Position numbers and translations under genes: made by a program. This document shows, piece by piece, positions 28,072-36,727 of a DNA stretch of 49,171 nt. Position 1 is the first letter of the stretch. Every line of letters begins with the position of its first letter. Source of the DNA: an uncultured Bdellovibrionales bacterium (GTDB taxonomy: Bacteria > Patescibacteriota > Minisyncoccia > Moranbacterales > UBA2206); NCBI GenBank assembly GCA_964387895.1, contig CAYLWX010000003.1, positions 1,277-50,447 on the forward strand, given 5' to 3'. Under the pieces are notes generated by a model, which had not been told where the DNA came from, ran no database searches, and worked only from the letters and a program-made list of their open reading frames with translations.

Positions 28072-29019
28072 TTAAATATTTACTCCCGTATATACTTTGG
28101 CTACATACCGATATCTACGGCTTGCTTCGGAAACCTGGTCTTCTGTAAGAGGAGGGATAGGGGGATCACCTTCCCCTCTTGCTCGTGCTTCCATAAGTAT
28201 CTTTCTGTATCCAGAATCTTCATGGATTTGGCGAATATATTCTTTTGAGCAGTGGACAACGACTGCTTCTCCTTCCTCTCCTTGTGCGAGATAGTAAGGA
28301 CGGTCTTCATCTGGAGTTCCGAATACGTCTCCTATCATCGGTTTTCTTCCTGGCCCCATGATGACTTCGAATTTTCCATCAGCCACATAAAGACCAGGTG
28401 CCATCGCGAGAGCAACTTCTGCTGCAAGCACTTTAATCATTTCCCATATTTCATCAAGGTTGGCAAATGTGAGACCGGCGATTCGGCAGGCCTCTTCTTT
28501 GGTTAGCGGTCGGTCTACGTGCTCCCATTTGGTGGTGAGTTCCAGTACTGTTTCTGGAAAGGGCGTGCCAAAGGCTGGGATTACTCCTGGAGGAAATCCA
28601 TACTTAGTTGGATCTTTTTGGCCTGACTGAAAAGCTCTTTCAATGCTTCCTGCTACTCTTGCCCGGCAGATGAACTCGAGTGGGATAACGTAGTCTTCTT
28701 CGAGGCAGCTTATGTCCATGCCCTTGATGATTTGTGCTTCGCGAACCAGAAGCGTGGTTTCATCTGCTCGCTCAATGAAATGAGTGGGAATGCCGAGAGT
28801 CTGGGCGATTTGGAAAGATTTTTCCGCACAATGAGAGACGGAAGAGCCTTTTTTTGGAATTTCAGTCAATGCTCTTCCTACATCGAACACGGAATAAAAA
28901 TCGGTTGATTCAAATGCCAGTATGTCATGCCCGGCTCTGTAAATATTTTTTGAACTCCCGTGTCTTACAGGCAGCCATCCTTTCTTCTTCACAATTTCAC
29001 TCACTGTGAAACCCTCCAT
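28072..29019 (-). CDS. purC: SAICAR synthetase (start may be GTG at 29004)
   Basis: GSSKNIY, TD.YSVFD, IPTHF, IPLEFICR..VAGS, TTKWE, DGKFE, GTPDEDR, SKEYIR. Confidence 0.88.
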   Translation of the reverse strand: MEGFTVSEIVKKKGWLPVRHGSSKNIYRAGHDILAFESTDFYSVFDVGRALTEIPKKGSSVSHCAEKSFQIAQTLGIPTHFIERADETTLLVREAQIIKGMDISCLEEDYVIPLEFICRARVAGSIERAFQSGQKDPTKYGFPPGVIPAFGTPFPETVLELTTKWEHVDRPLTKEEACRIAGLTFANLDEIWEMIKVLAAEVALAMAPGLYVADGKFEVIMGPGRKPMIGDVFGTPDEDRPYYLAQGEEGEAVVVHCSKEYIRQIHEDSGYRKILMEARARGEGDPPIPPLTEDQVSEASRRYRYVAKVYTGVNI

Positions 29020-29121
29020 ATAGTGATGAAAAGAAACAAAAAACCAAACATCTGTCTGATTTCTCCTTATGTTCACTCTAGCGTATAAAAAATAAAAATT
29101 CAAGAAGATTATACGTTCCAC

Positions 29122-29150
29122 TTGACGAGGTGTTAAAAAAAAGATACTAT
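29122..29150 (+). promoter_or_regulatory. sigma70 promoter of rplS/tRNA operon
   Basis: TTGACG-17 nt-TACTAT. Confidence 0.6.
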
Positions 29151-29325
29151 AAGAAAGCTAAAAAATAGCGCGGGAAGGCTGTTTTAACCCCGCACCAATT
29201 GCCAGAATAAGTTTCTGATTTTGAATGATTGTCAATATTTGATACGCATAATGTATGCGCATGAGGTGATTGGGACAATCGGGAGGGATTTATTTTTACC
29301 GGATAATTTTTTTTAGATTATTTGT

Positions 29326-29799
29326 ATGTTACAAAAAGTCATTGAATTTAATAAAAACCATGCTAAACTTCTTGGGGGAGAGCGTAAAATACCCGAATTC
29401 CAATCCGGCGATGTAGTGCGCGTGCATCGAAAAATTAAAGAAGGAGACAAAGAGCGAATCCAGATCTTTGAAGGGATTATTATCGCGATCAGGGGAAAAC
29501 AAAGCTCGTCCCCGATGATCACTGTGAGAAAAGTTTCCAATGGCATTGGGATTGAGCTTGTATTGCCTGTTTTTTCTCCCGGTATTGAAAAGATAGAACT
29601 GGTAAAGAGAGCTAAAGTGCGAAGAGCGAAACTCTATTATCTTCGCGGTCTTACTGCCAAGAAGAGTCGTATGAAATACAAAGATCTTTCCGCGTTCGTG
29701 ATCCCCGAAGAAAAGAAATCCAAAAAGCCGGTTTCTCCAATGGAAGAACCTGAAGCAGGGGAAAAACTTGAGGAGGTTGAAGCGGGTTCCAAAGAATAA
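29326..29799 (+). CDS. rplS: 50S ribosomal protein L19
   Basis: [33 protein letters not shown]. Confidence 0.97.
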   Translation: MLQKVIEFNKNHAKLLGGERKIPEFQSGDVVRVHRKIKEGDKERIQIFEGIIIAIRGKQSSSPMITVRKVSNGIGIELVLPVFSPGIEKIELVKRAKVRRAKLYYLRGLTAKKSRMKYKDLSAFVIPEEKKSKKPVSPMEEPEAGEKLEEVEAGSKE

Positions 29800-29838
29800 T
29801 AGGAATAAGGTATAATAAATCAGACCAGAGCGCCTCAC

Positions 29839-29924
29839 GGGGATATGGTGGAATTGGTATACACACACGTTTGAGGGGCGTGGCCATCATTGGCGTGAGG
29901 GTTCGAGTCCCTCTATCCCCACCA
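29839..29924 (+). tRNA. tRNA-Leu(GAG), CCA encoded
   Basis: GGGGATA/TATCCCC, CACGT-TTGAGGG-GCGTG, long variable arm. Confidence 0.93.
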
Positions 29925-29934
29925 GAAATCAGCA

Positions 29935-29999
29935 GGATCCTTAGCTCAATTGGCTAGAGTCCCGAGCACTCGGGATTTACACCGAGGGGGTTATAGGTT
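29935..29999 (+). pseudogene. pseudo-tRNA-Val fragment with a 16-bp palindrome replacing the 5' anticodon-stem strand
   Basis: TTAGCTCAATTGGCTAGAG-[TCCCGAGCACTCGGGA]-TTTACACCGAGGGGGTTATAGGTT; flanks identical to tRNA-Val at 30263. Confidence 0.85.
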
Positions 30000-30008
30000 T
30001 GAAGTAAC

Positions 30009-30272
30009 ATGGATTTCTGTGTATACATTGCCTACAATGAAAATCATGATAAATTTTACATTGGCCAAACATACAGTATAAATAAAAGAGAGTCAGAGCA
30101 TAATTCTGGCTTATCTCGGTTTACTTCCAAGTATGATGGTGTGTGGAGAATTGTGTACGTTGAAAAATTTCTAACCAGATCAGAAGCAATGAAGAGGGAA
30201 AAATTTTTGAAAAGGCAAAGGAATAAAGATTTTTATAGAAAGTTAATAAGAGATTCCCAGAAGGACAATTAG
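30009..30272 (+). CDS. small stand-alone GIY-YIG nuclease
   Basis: VYI..FYIGQT..R..EHN, FTSKY, EAMKREKFLK. Confidence 0.92.
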   Translation: MDFCVYIAYNENHDKFYIGQTYSINKRESEHNSGLSRFTSKYDGVWRIVYVEKFLTRSEAMKREKFLKRQRNKDFYRKLIRDSQKDN

Positions 30273-30339
30273 CTCAATTGGCTAGAGCACCTCGTTTACA
30301 CCGAGGGGGTTATAGGTTCGAGTCCTATATTGTCCACCA
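30263..30339 (+). tRNA. tRNA-Val(TAC), CCA encoded
   Basis: GGACAAT/ATTGTCC, CCTCG-TTTACAC-CGAGG, T loop TTCGAGT. Confidence 0.95.
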
Positions 30340-30349
30340 GAATACATTA

Positions 30350-30390
30350 GGATTACTAACTCAATTGGCTAGAGTCCCGAGGACTCTGGA
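30350..30390 (+). pseudogene. second tRNA-Val 5' fragment with a degenerate palindrome
   Basis: GGATTACTAACTCAATTGGCTAGAG-TCCCGAGGACTCTGGA. Confidence 0.7.
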
Positions 30391-30398
30391 TCCACAAT

Positions 30399-30470
30399 GC
30401 CGAAGTAGCTCAGCGGTAGAGCGAAGGACTGAAAATCCTTGCGTCGGCAGTTCGACTCTGCCCTTCGGCA
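30399..30470 (+). tRNA. tRNA-Phe(GAA), CCA not encoded
   Basis: GCCGAAG/CTTCGGC, AAGGA-CTGAAAA-TCCTT. Confidence 0.95.
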
Positions 30471-30524
30471 CAATAATTATACGCTTTTGCTTTAGCGGGC
30501 TTGCCTGTCGAAGCATCAGCGAAA

Positions 30525-30599
30525 GCGGGTATCGTATAGCGGCTATTATATTACCTTGCCAAGGTAGAGATACGGGTTCGACTCCCGTTACCCGCTCCA
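30525..30599 (+). tRNA. tRNA-Gly(GCC), CCA encoded
   Basis: GCGGGTA/TACCCGC, TTACC-TTGCCAA-GGTAG. Confidence 0.92.
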
Positions 30600-30619
30600 A
30601 AAAGATTTTCTTCTTTCTC

Positions 30620-30677
30620 GCGAGAGTAGCACAGTGGTAGTGCACCAGCTTCTCAAGCTGGCTACGCGGGTTCGATT
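30620..30677 (+). pseudogene. truncated tRNA-Gly(CCC) copy (anticodon mutated to CTC)
   Basis: Matches 36728-36785 with one substitution; ends after the T loop. Confidence 0.85.
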
Positions 30678-30725
30678 TGTTTTTAGTGTTATAATGAGGG
30701 GGTAATAAAAATTTAAAAGGAAAAT

Positions 30726-31385
30726 ATGTTTGGAGATACTAGTAGCTTTAAAAATATTCAGGGCGGAACTGAAGAAAAAAAAGAAGACATTCATCATGTG
30801 GCAAAAAAAGAAATAAATATGATTTATGAATCATATGCAACCAATCGTGAAAGGGTTGATGTTATAAAGGAAGCAGTAAGGAAGGTTTCGCATGTCGTAG
30901 AAAATTCAGAGGAGACATTGGCTAATCTTGAAGCGTGTGTGGAAATAGAAAACAAGAAACAATTTGTGGACGCGATTTTTCAAGCCACCCAGTCTTTGAT
31001 TAATTTGAAGATAGATAGTCCAGAGCCTCTAGTGGTTGCAGGGGAAGACTCCAAAGAAAGAATCAGAGTGAACAATCTCCTTCTTTATGAAATAAAAGGA
31101 GATTGTCTTGATCTGCATGTAAGCCCAAATAAGGTTGTAGAGCACCCCTTAAAAGAACTAGCCGATGGATTTTACAAAATAGCTGGTTTGGTCAAGGATA
31201 ACGCAGAAATAAAAAAAATTGAAGGTGAGTCTTGGATTATAGCTCGGCATCCTAAATTGATGAAAAAGTTCGGGTTTACCTTGATCGGGGAAAGTTATGA
31301 GTCAAAAACCGGAGGATTGGTCAATAAAGCATATATGTCTAGAGAGGAATTTCTGGATAGATATCTTAAGAAATATAACGGGTAA
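30726..31385 (+). CDS. hypothetical protein between tRNA-Gly copies
   Basis: 219-aa ORF with AAGGA RBS; C-terminal ESWII..HPKLMKKFGF..MSREEFLDRY. Confidence 0.75.
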   Translation: MFGDTSSFKNIQGGTEEKKEDIHHVAKKEINMIYESYATNRERVDVIKEAVRKVSHVVENSEETLANLEACVEIENKKQFVDAIFQATQSLINLKIDSPEPLVVAGEDSKERIRVNNLLLYEIKGDCLDLHVSPNKVVEHPLKELADGFYKIAGLVKDNAEIKKIEGESWIIARHPKLMKKFGFTLIGESYESKTGGLVNKAYMSREEFLDRYLKKYNG

Positions 31386-31411
31386 TTTTACACGATAAAT
31401 TTTTCTTTCTC

Positions 31412-31482
31412 GCGAGAGTAGCACAGTGGCAGTGCACCAGCTTCCCAAGCTGGCTACGCGGGTTCAACTCCCGTTACCCGCT
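31412..31482 (+). pseudogene. chimeric tRNA-Gly (CCC-type 5' part, GCC-type 3' end)
   Basis: 5' GCGAGAG.. from Gly-CCC, 3' CTCCCGTTACCCGCT from Gly-GCC; two acceptor-stem mismatches. Confidence 0.8.
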
Positions 31483-31653
31483 CACATGATTAGTTTGAAA
31501 AAAATACATTTGAAGTGGACAATTGTAAAATAAAAATAGCAGGTTGTAAACCTGCTCTTGCATCACCTGCTCTTGCATCAGGCTAGAGCCATAATAATAC
31601 TTAATTCAGATTAGTCAATTTATAGAATCTAACGCAAAAGTTTGTTAAAATTT

Positions 31654-32124
31654 ATGTTTAATTTGTTTAAGAAGAAAATGACAGAAAGCGATAGATTTTG
31701 TCTTTGAATATGTTAACAAGAGTCCCGTGTTGAAAGATAAGAAATTTAATGTTTCTGTACCAGAAGCTAATGAAATAATAGCATTGTGGTTTTTTGCTAT
31801 TCAAACAGTGCCTATTTTCAATTTATTTGAAGGTCAATTGCAAAAAAATATTTATAATCGTTGCGTAAGTGGATTTTCAGCAATCAGAGAGAATGATATT
31901 TTGTGGGCGGAACAGAATGTTAATGAATTCGTAAATGACTTTAATGCTAATTATACGAAAAGAACCGTCGGTAGATTTTCTGAATGGCTAACGAGTAAAT
32001 TATATGGAGAGAGGATAAAAGATCCTGTAATACTTGTTGGCTAGATTTGTTTGCAACAACGTCGTCTTTCAAGTGGAAAAAAGCGACAGATGATTATAGA
32101 ATTATTGAAGAAAAAACTAATTGA
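31654..32124 (+). pseudogene. frameshifted AT-rich hypothetical gene
   Basis: MFNLFKKK start out of frame with ORF 31727-32044; another open frame runs to TGA 32124. Confidence 0.5.
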
Positions 32125-32154
32125 TAAATTTTAAACAAAATATCAGGAAAAATA

Positions 32155-32822
32155 ATGGAAGAAATAGAAACATTAATTCGAGAATATCTAAAAAATACTC
32201 ATGAAAAAATCAATAGTTTAAGATTAGTTGATGAAAATATTATTAAGGATATTCAAGTAAAAATCATTAATGCTTCAAAGATAGTTAAAATGTCACCGAC
32301 TGATTTGCTAAAAAATCTTGACTTTCAAAAAAACAATAAAACAATGGAAAAAATTGAGGGATTATTGGCCGAACTTCGGACAATATTTTGGTTAGATAAT
32401 TTTGGCTTTTCTGATATTAAACCGCTTAAAGCTAAAAAATCTTTAAAAAGTCCGGACTTCAAAGCAATATACAAAAATAAAAAAGCTGCAATTGAAGTTT
32501 ATTGTCTTACTGAAAAACATGAGCAGCAAAAAGACAAAATACTTGATTGCTATGTAAACACGGATGATAATTTTATATCGAATTATAAAAATAAGGCTTC
32601 TAATAAGAAATCACAGCTAGATTCAATTAAGTCAGATATGAAATTTTTCTGTGTGTGATTAATTCGAAACTAGTAATTATAAATGAGAAAAGCGATTTTC
32701 AAAAATATTTAGTTCGAATCAGCAGTGATTTAAATTGGAGTAGCAATTATTATTTCGGGGTTTTAACTGGGTTAGAATCCAACGGCATTTTAGATGATAC
32801 AGTTTATCCATTATTACCTTAA
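32155..32822 (+). pseudogene. frameshifted PD-(D/E)XK-like nuclease-fold protein
   Basis: LAEL..SPDF..AAIEVY pattern; after 32655 another frame stays open to TAA 32822. Confidence 0.5.
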
Positions 32823-32970
32823 GCTTTTATTTTATAATTAATAAAAAAGGTCAATAAACTTTATCTTAATGAACTCGAAAGATATTAAACCCAACCCTTT
32901 TCCTTTTTACTCGCTCTTAAAAATTATTTTCAAAAAAAGTTCTAACTTCCGCATAAAAACAGCTCTAAAA

Positions 32971-33159
32971 TTAGACTTTCCAATTTTCAGCACCGTTTGC
33001 AGGTTCTTTTACGGCGTTCTTGATAATGTCAAGATTTCAGCTTTTATGCTCACTGCACCATGCTTGGCATTTCTCCGCAATTTCTTTACTCTCGTACTTT
33101 ATACCGCATTCCTCGCATTGATACAAAGTCTTATTGTTTTGTTGAATGATTTTTGTCAT
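32971..33159 (-). pseudogene. small Cys/His zinc-finger-like protein with in-frame TGA at codon 41
   Basis: MTKIIQQNNKTLYQCEECGIKYESKEIAEKCQAWCSEHKS*NLDIIKNAV..; starts 4 nt after the previous stop. Confidence 0.75.
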
Positions 33160-33163
33160 AAAT

Positions 33164-33586
33164 TTATTTAATTTTAGCTGATTTTGCTAGATAGAATGAA
33201 AGAGGAAGCAGTAATGTCATCTGCAATATGGGAGCCAACCCGACTTTTAATACGGAGATGACTGGCATGGCGGGCGTGTAGCCCCATTTGCCGGTAACGA
33301 GCGCATGTTGCTCTATTACAACGGCGATGAAAAATCCGATTATAGAGAGCCCCAGGAAATCGGCTGGTCGCGTTATGTCTTTTTTAAGAAGCCACAGAAA
33401 CACCAAAATAAAAAGTGTTATAACGACATCGCCCAATGTGCCAAAAAGACACATCGGAAAATGCTGCGAAAAAGATTGGTAACCTGCATACAGAGGAGCT
33501 TGGGCGTTCTCCCAAATAACATGTAGCAAAAAAGCCGCGACGGCCAAAGTTATTATATATTTTGCTTTCATTCCGGCTTTTTCCAT
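33164..33586 (-). CDS. membrane protein (about 4 TM)
   Basis: WENAQAPLY, GD, IE..A...W.Y...MP. Confidence 0.75.
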   Translation of the reverse strand: MEKAGMKAKYIITLAVAAFLLHVIWENAQAPLYAGYQSFSQHFPMCLFGTLGDVVITLFILVFLWLLKKDITRPADFLGLSIIGFFIAVVIEQHALVTGKWGYTPAMPVISVLKVGLAPILQMTLLLPLSFYLAKSAKIK

Positions 33587-33587
33587 A

Positions 33588-33950
33588 TTAGTCTTTATTT
33601 GGAAGGAAGCGTTTTACTATCTCGATCAAGTCCTTTACGTTTCGCGCTTTATTTATTTCAGCATGCGGAATGATGAGTCTGAATCCAGCGGCATCTTCAA
33701 CAAACGCGGCCGGAAGCTGGACATCTTTTTGATTCGGGTGTTGCTTCTGAAATTCGTCCCGATGCAAGAATACAACCTCCTGAGGCAGTGATTTTATAAA
33801 TTTCTCCCATTCCTCCTGCATGGTCACGCCAGGATAGGTAATCCGGCATAAATTGCAGGGATATGTTTTCGGCGAGACAATTTTATGCGCCGTATCTTTG
33901 ATGAGCGATCCGATAGTGTCGTTTGAATTATAAACAAAAATCAATTTCAT
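33588..33950 (-). CDS. hypothetical protein with CxLC motif (thioredoxin-like?)
   Basis: KLIFVYN, YPCNLCRITY, FLHRDEF. Confidence 0.75.
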   Translation of the reverse strand: MKLIFVYNSNDTIGSLIKDTAHKIVSPKTYPCNLCRITYPGVTMQEEWEKFIKSLPQEVVFLHRDEFQKQHPNQKDVQLPAAFVEDAAGFRLIIPHAEINKARNVKDLIEIVKRFLPNKD

Positions 33951-33968
33951 GTATTTAGTTCCAGATAC

Positions 33969-34925
33969 TTAACCATTTGCCGGCTGAGCGTGGATCGGGC
34001 AAAGCTCGCCGTGAATTTTCCGATCGTTGTAGGCAGAAGTCGCGGCGACCGCACCCATCGCAGCCGCGGTGATATCCTGCTTGAATGATCCGAAATGATT
34101 GACCGCATCACCGGCCGCAAATACACCGTCAATGTTTGTCTGCATCATGGCGTCGGTTTTAATGTACCCATGCTCGTCAAGTAGAACACCAAGCGATTTT
34201 GCAAGCTCGACATTTGGTATCGCACCTATTTCTACAAACAGGCCGTCAACAACCAAGTCGGCAGAACCCTTAAACTCGCTGGAAATGATGAGCTTTTCAA
34301 GCATTTTTTTACCGACAATCTCCTTCACTTCCGTGTCTAACAGCACCTCAATCTTATCGCCCAGTTTTTTCATCCGCTCCAGATTGATCGGTTCGGCCGT
34401 AACTTCTTTGCCCCGCACGATAAGGAATAATTTGTTGACGTATTCCGCCGCAAGCACCGCGCCTTTCACCGAAGCGTCTCCGCCGCCGACCATCGCGATT
34501 GTCTTGCCGTTGTATACAGGGCTGTCGCAGGTGACGCAGTAGTGCACCCCCTTGCCGGTAAGCTCTTTCTCGTTTGGCAAATTAAGCCGCCGACGTTCGG
34601 CTCCTATGGCGAATATGATGGCATGCGTTTGATACATTGCTTCTTTTGTGTACACTTCAAAACAGTGCTCCTGACGCGTTACTTCGGTGGCTTCCGCATC
34701 AATCACTTCAACGCCAAGATTATTCGTCTGCTGCTTCATGGCGTCCATAAGCTCGTAACCGTCGATAGCTTGAATGCCAGGGTAATTTTCAATGGTTCCG
34801 GCTTTGGCCGTCTCGCCGCCAAACTCTTTACTGATAACCAGAGTTTTCATCCGGTATCGTCCACTGTAAAGAGCCGCTCCGAGACCGGCTGCGCCTGAAC
34901 CAATTATAATAAGATCGTATTGCAT
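33969..34925 (-). CDS. trxB: thioredoxin-disulfide reductase
   Basis: GSGAAG, IENYPG, GVHYCVTCD, VGGGDA, FAAGD. Confidence 0.92.
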   Translation of the reverse strand: MQYDLIIIGSGAAGLGAALYSGRYRMKTLVISKEFGGETAKAGTIENYPGIQAIDGYELMDAMKQQTNNLGVEVIDAEATEVTRQEHCFEVYTKEAMYQTHAIIFAIGAERRRLNLPNEKELTGKGVHYCVTCDSPVYNGKTIAMVGGGDASVKGAVLAAEYVNKLFLIVRGKEVTAEPINLERMKKLGDKIEVLLDTEVKEIVGKKMLEKLIISSEFKGSADLVVDGLFVEIGAIPNVELAKSLGVLLDEHGYIKTDAMMQTNIDGVFAAGDAVNHFGSFKQDITAAAMGAVAATSAYNDRKIHGELCPIHAQPANG

Positions 34926-34971
34926 AATTACTGTATTCCTATTTACTGACTAGTTTATTACTCATAATTTT

Positions 34972-35208
34972 TTACTTGATATTAAGCAGGCGTGACAAAC
35001 CTTCCTTATCGAAGCCGACGAGAATCTGCCCGTCGATATCAATGACCGGCACGCCCATCTGGTTAGATTTTTTGATCATTTCATCCGCCGCGGCGCGATC
35101 AGTCGACACGTCTTTTTCCTCATACTGAACATTGTTCTCTTTAAAGAACGCTTTGGTCATTTTGCAGTACACGCAGGTTGGGGTGGTATAAATGGTTACT
35201 TTTGCCAT
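34972..35208 (-). CDS. glutaredoxin-like protein (NrdH/YruB type)
   Basis: IYTTPTCVYC, GVPVI, VGFD. Confidence 0.92.
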   Translation of the reverse strand: MAKVTIYTTPTCVYCKMTKAFFKENNVQYEEKDVSTDRAAADEMIKKSNQMGVPVIDIDGQILVGFDKEGLSRLLNIK

Positions 35209-35232
35209 AGGTTTTATAATTGGTTAATAAAT

Positions 35233-35556
35233 TTATTTGTTCGACTCTTTTAATAACTTGACCAGATGCTTCGCAATCGGGTTTTTCTGATTTACTTCAT
35301 AGCAAACCATCTGCCCCATCCGCATCTTGATCACCAGTCCCAGCCGTTCCAGCACGCGCAGTTGCTGGGAAGCGGCCGAGACCGTGATATTAAATACGTT
35401 GGCGACATCGGTGACGCAGATGTCGTGATGTTCCATAAGCAGACGGAAGATGTTAAATCGACCGGAATCTCCGAGCGCCTGGAACACCAAAGGAAAACCA
35501 GTAGTATCGGTTCCTAAACTGGACTTGATTTCGTCTGTTTGCTTTTTAGTTAACAT
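35233..35556 (-). CDS. ArsR/SmtB-family regulator
   Basis: FQALGD..R, ICV.DVA, SAASQQLRVL..GLV. Confidence 0.9.
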   Translation of the reverse strand: MLTKKQTDEIKSSLGTDTTGFPLVFQALGDSGRFNIFRLLMEHHDICVTDVANVFNITVSAASQQLRVLERLGLVIKMRMGQMVCYEVNQKNPIAKHLVKLLKESNK

Positions 35557-35736
35557 GAAAGAATTAAGTAATTATGCAAGTACTTTAAGTATAGCAAACG
35601 AAACAGTGTCGTCAAGTCCTGTCCTTTTCCCACAATTGTTCATCCCGCTCGGGTGAGGCAGTGGCGGGGCTTTCATTCATTACGAATTTTTGATAAAGTA
35701 GGTTCAAGCGAAGTCGTAAAGACACTCCGAATGATT

Positions 35737-35825
35737 TTATTCTTTTTAGGGAATAGAGCTCCGCATTTACATTGCCATGTGGTTCCTCGGTATAAGTCTC
35801 CAAAAAACTTTAAAAATCAAATCTT
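35737..35825 (+). pseudogene. HIT-family hydrolase remnant
   Basis: LGNRAPHLHCHVVPRY histidine triad with no intact N-terminus. Confidence 0.65.
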
Positions 35826-35869
35826 TTTTATTTCTTTTCAAGTGGTTCAGAATGCGATACTATAAAATC

Positions 35870-36286
35870 ATGGAACTTACAAAAGAACAAAAACAAGCAT
35901 TGGCTCTTGTAGCGAAAAAATACCAGCTCCAACTGGTGTTGCTTTTTGGTTCCTTATCTACAGGAAAAGCAAGAAAAGAAAGTGATGCGGATGTGGCGGT
36001 GCTGGCGGAAGGAAAAAGGATTATGCGTTCTTTTGGCGCTTTTCTGGAACTTATCGAAGAACTCTCGAGTATTTTTAAAAGAGAAGTGGATTTGTCTTTA
36101 CTTAATACGGCTAATCCGCTTCTTCTGCATAAGGTAAGCCAGCAGGCGGAGTTACTTTTTGGATCGCGGAAAGATTTTATTAAATTCAGACTCCATGCGT
36201 TTCATCGTTACAATGATTATCTTCCTTATTTTAAAATAGAAGCGAAGCTTAATAAAACTATCCTTCGACAGTATGTCAATGGATGA
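35870..36286 (+). CDS. MNT nucleotidyltransferase antitoxin (MntA-like)
   Basis: LFGS..TG..SDADVAV, VDLS.LN. Confidence 0.9.
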   Translation: MELTKEQKQALALVAKKYQLQLVLLFGSLSTGKARKESDADVAVLAEGKRIMRSFGAFLELIEELSSIFKREVDLSLLNTANPLLLHKVSQQAELLFGSRKDFIKFRLHAFHRYNDYLPYFKIEAKLNKTILRQYVNG

Positions 36287-36719
36287 AAAACTAGTAGAAA
36301 GAAAAATAACTTTAATCAACAGGGATTTGGGGCACTTGCGTATATTGGCTGGTTTTACTGTGGAACAATATCTTTCTAAGGAAGAAAACGAAACTTTGGC
36401 GGAACGTTATCTGGAAAGGATTATCGGCAGAATGATTGATATTAATTACCACATACTAGTCGAAGAAGAGCGCGTAATGCCGTTGGATTACCATGATTCT
36501 TTTATTGAGATGGGAAAGAAAGAATATGTGCCCGTGAAACTTTCTGAAAAGTTAGCTCACGCGGCCGGACTTCGCAACCGTTTAGCGCATGAATATGATG
36601 AAATTGACGAGAAGAAAGTATATCAGGCTGTGCAGTCTTGCATGGAAGATGTGCCAGAATATCTTACAGAAATAATAAAATTTATCGAAAGCGGAAATAC
36701 GCAAGGCAGGTTGGTATAA
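36273..36719 (+). CDS. HEPN toxin (HepT/DUF86)
   Basis: RNRLAHEY (Rx4HxY); overlaps the MNT gene. Confidence 0.92.
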   Translation: MSMDEKLVERKITLINRDLGHLRILAGFTVEQYLSKEENETLAERYLERIIGRMIDINYHILVEEERVMPLDYHDSFIEMGKKEYVPVKLSEKLAHAAGLRNRLAHEYDEIDEKKVYQAVQSCMEDVPEYLTEIIKFIESGNTQGRLV

Positions 36720-36727
36720 TACTCCTC

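Noticed and set aside
29241-29268. dif site (ACGCATAATGTAT resembles the XerC arm)
   Set aside because: The XerD arm TTATGTTAAAT is absent; a local hairpin explains the sequence better
30278-30645. ORFs overlapping tRNA genes (also 11062-11277, 36770-37051, 43868-44233)
   Set aside because: Translations of tRNA sequence on either strand
30620-30677. tRNA-Glu(CTC)
   Set aside because: The body is tRNA-Gly(CCC) with one anticodon change, and it lacks the 3' T stem and acceptor strand
32869-33171. Listed 100-aa plus-strand ORF
   Set aside because: Shadow of the minus-strand zinc-finger-like gene
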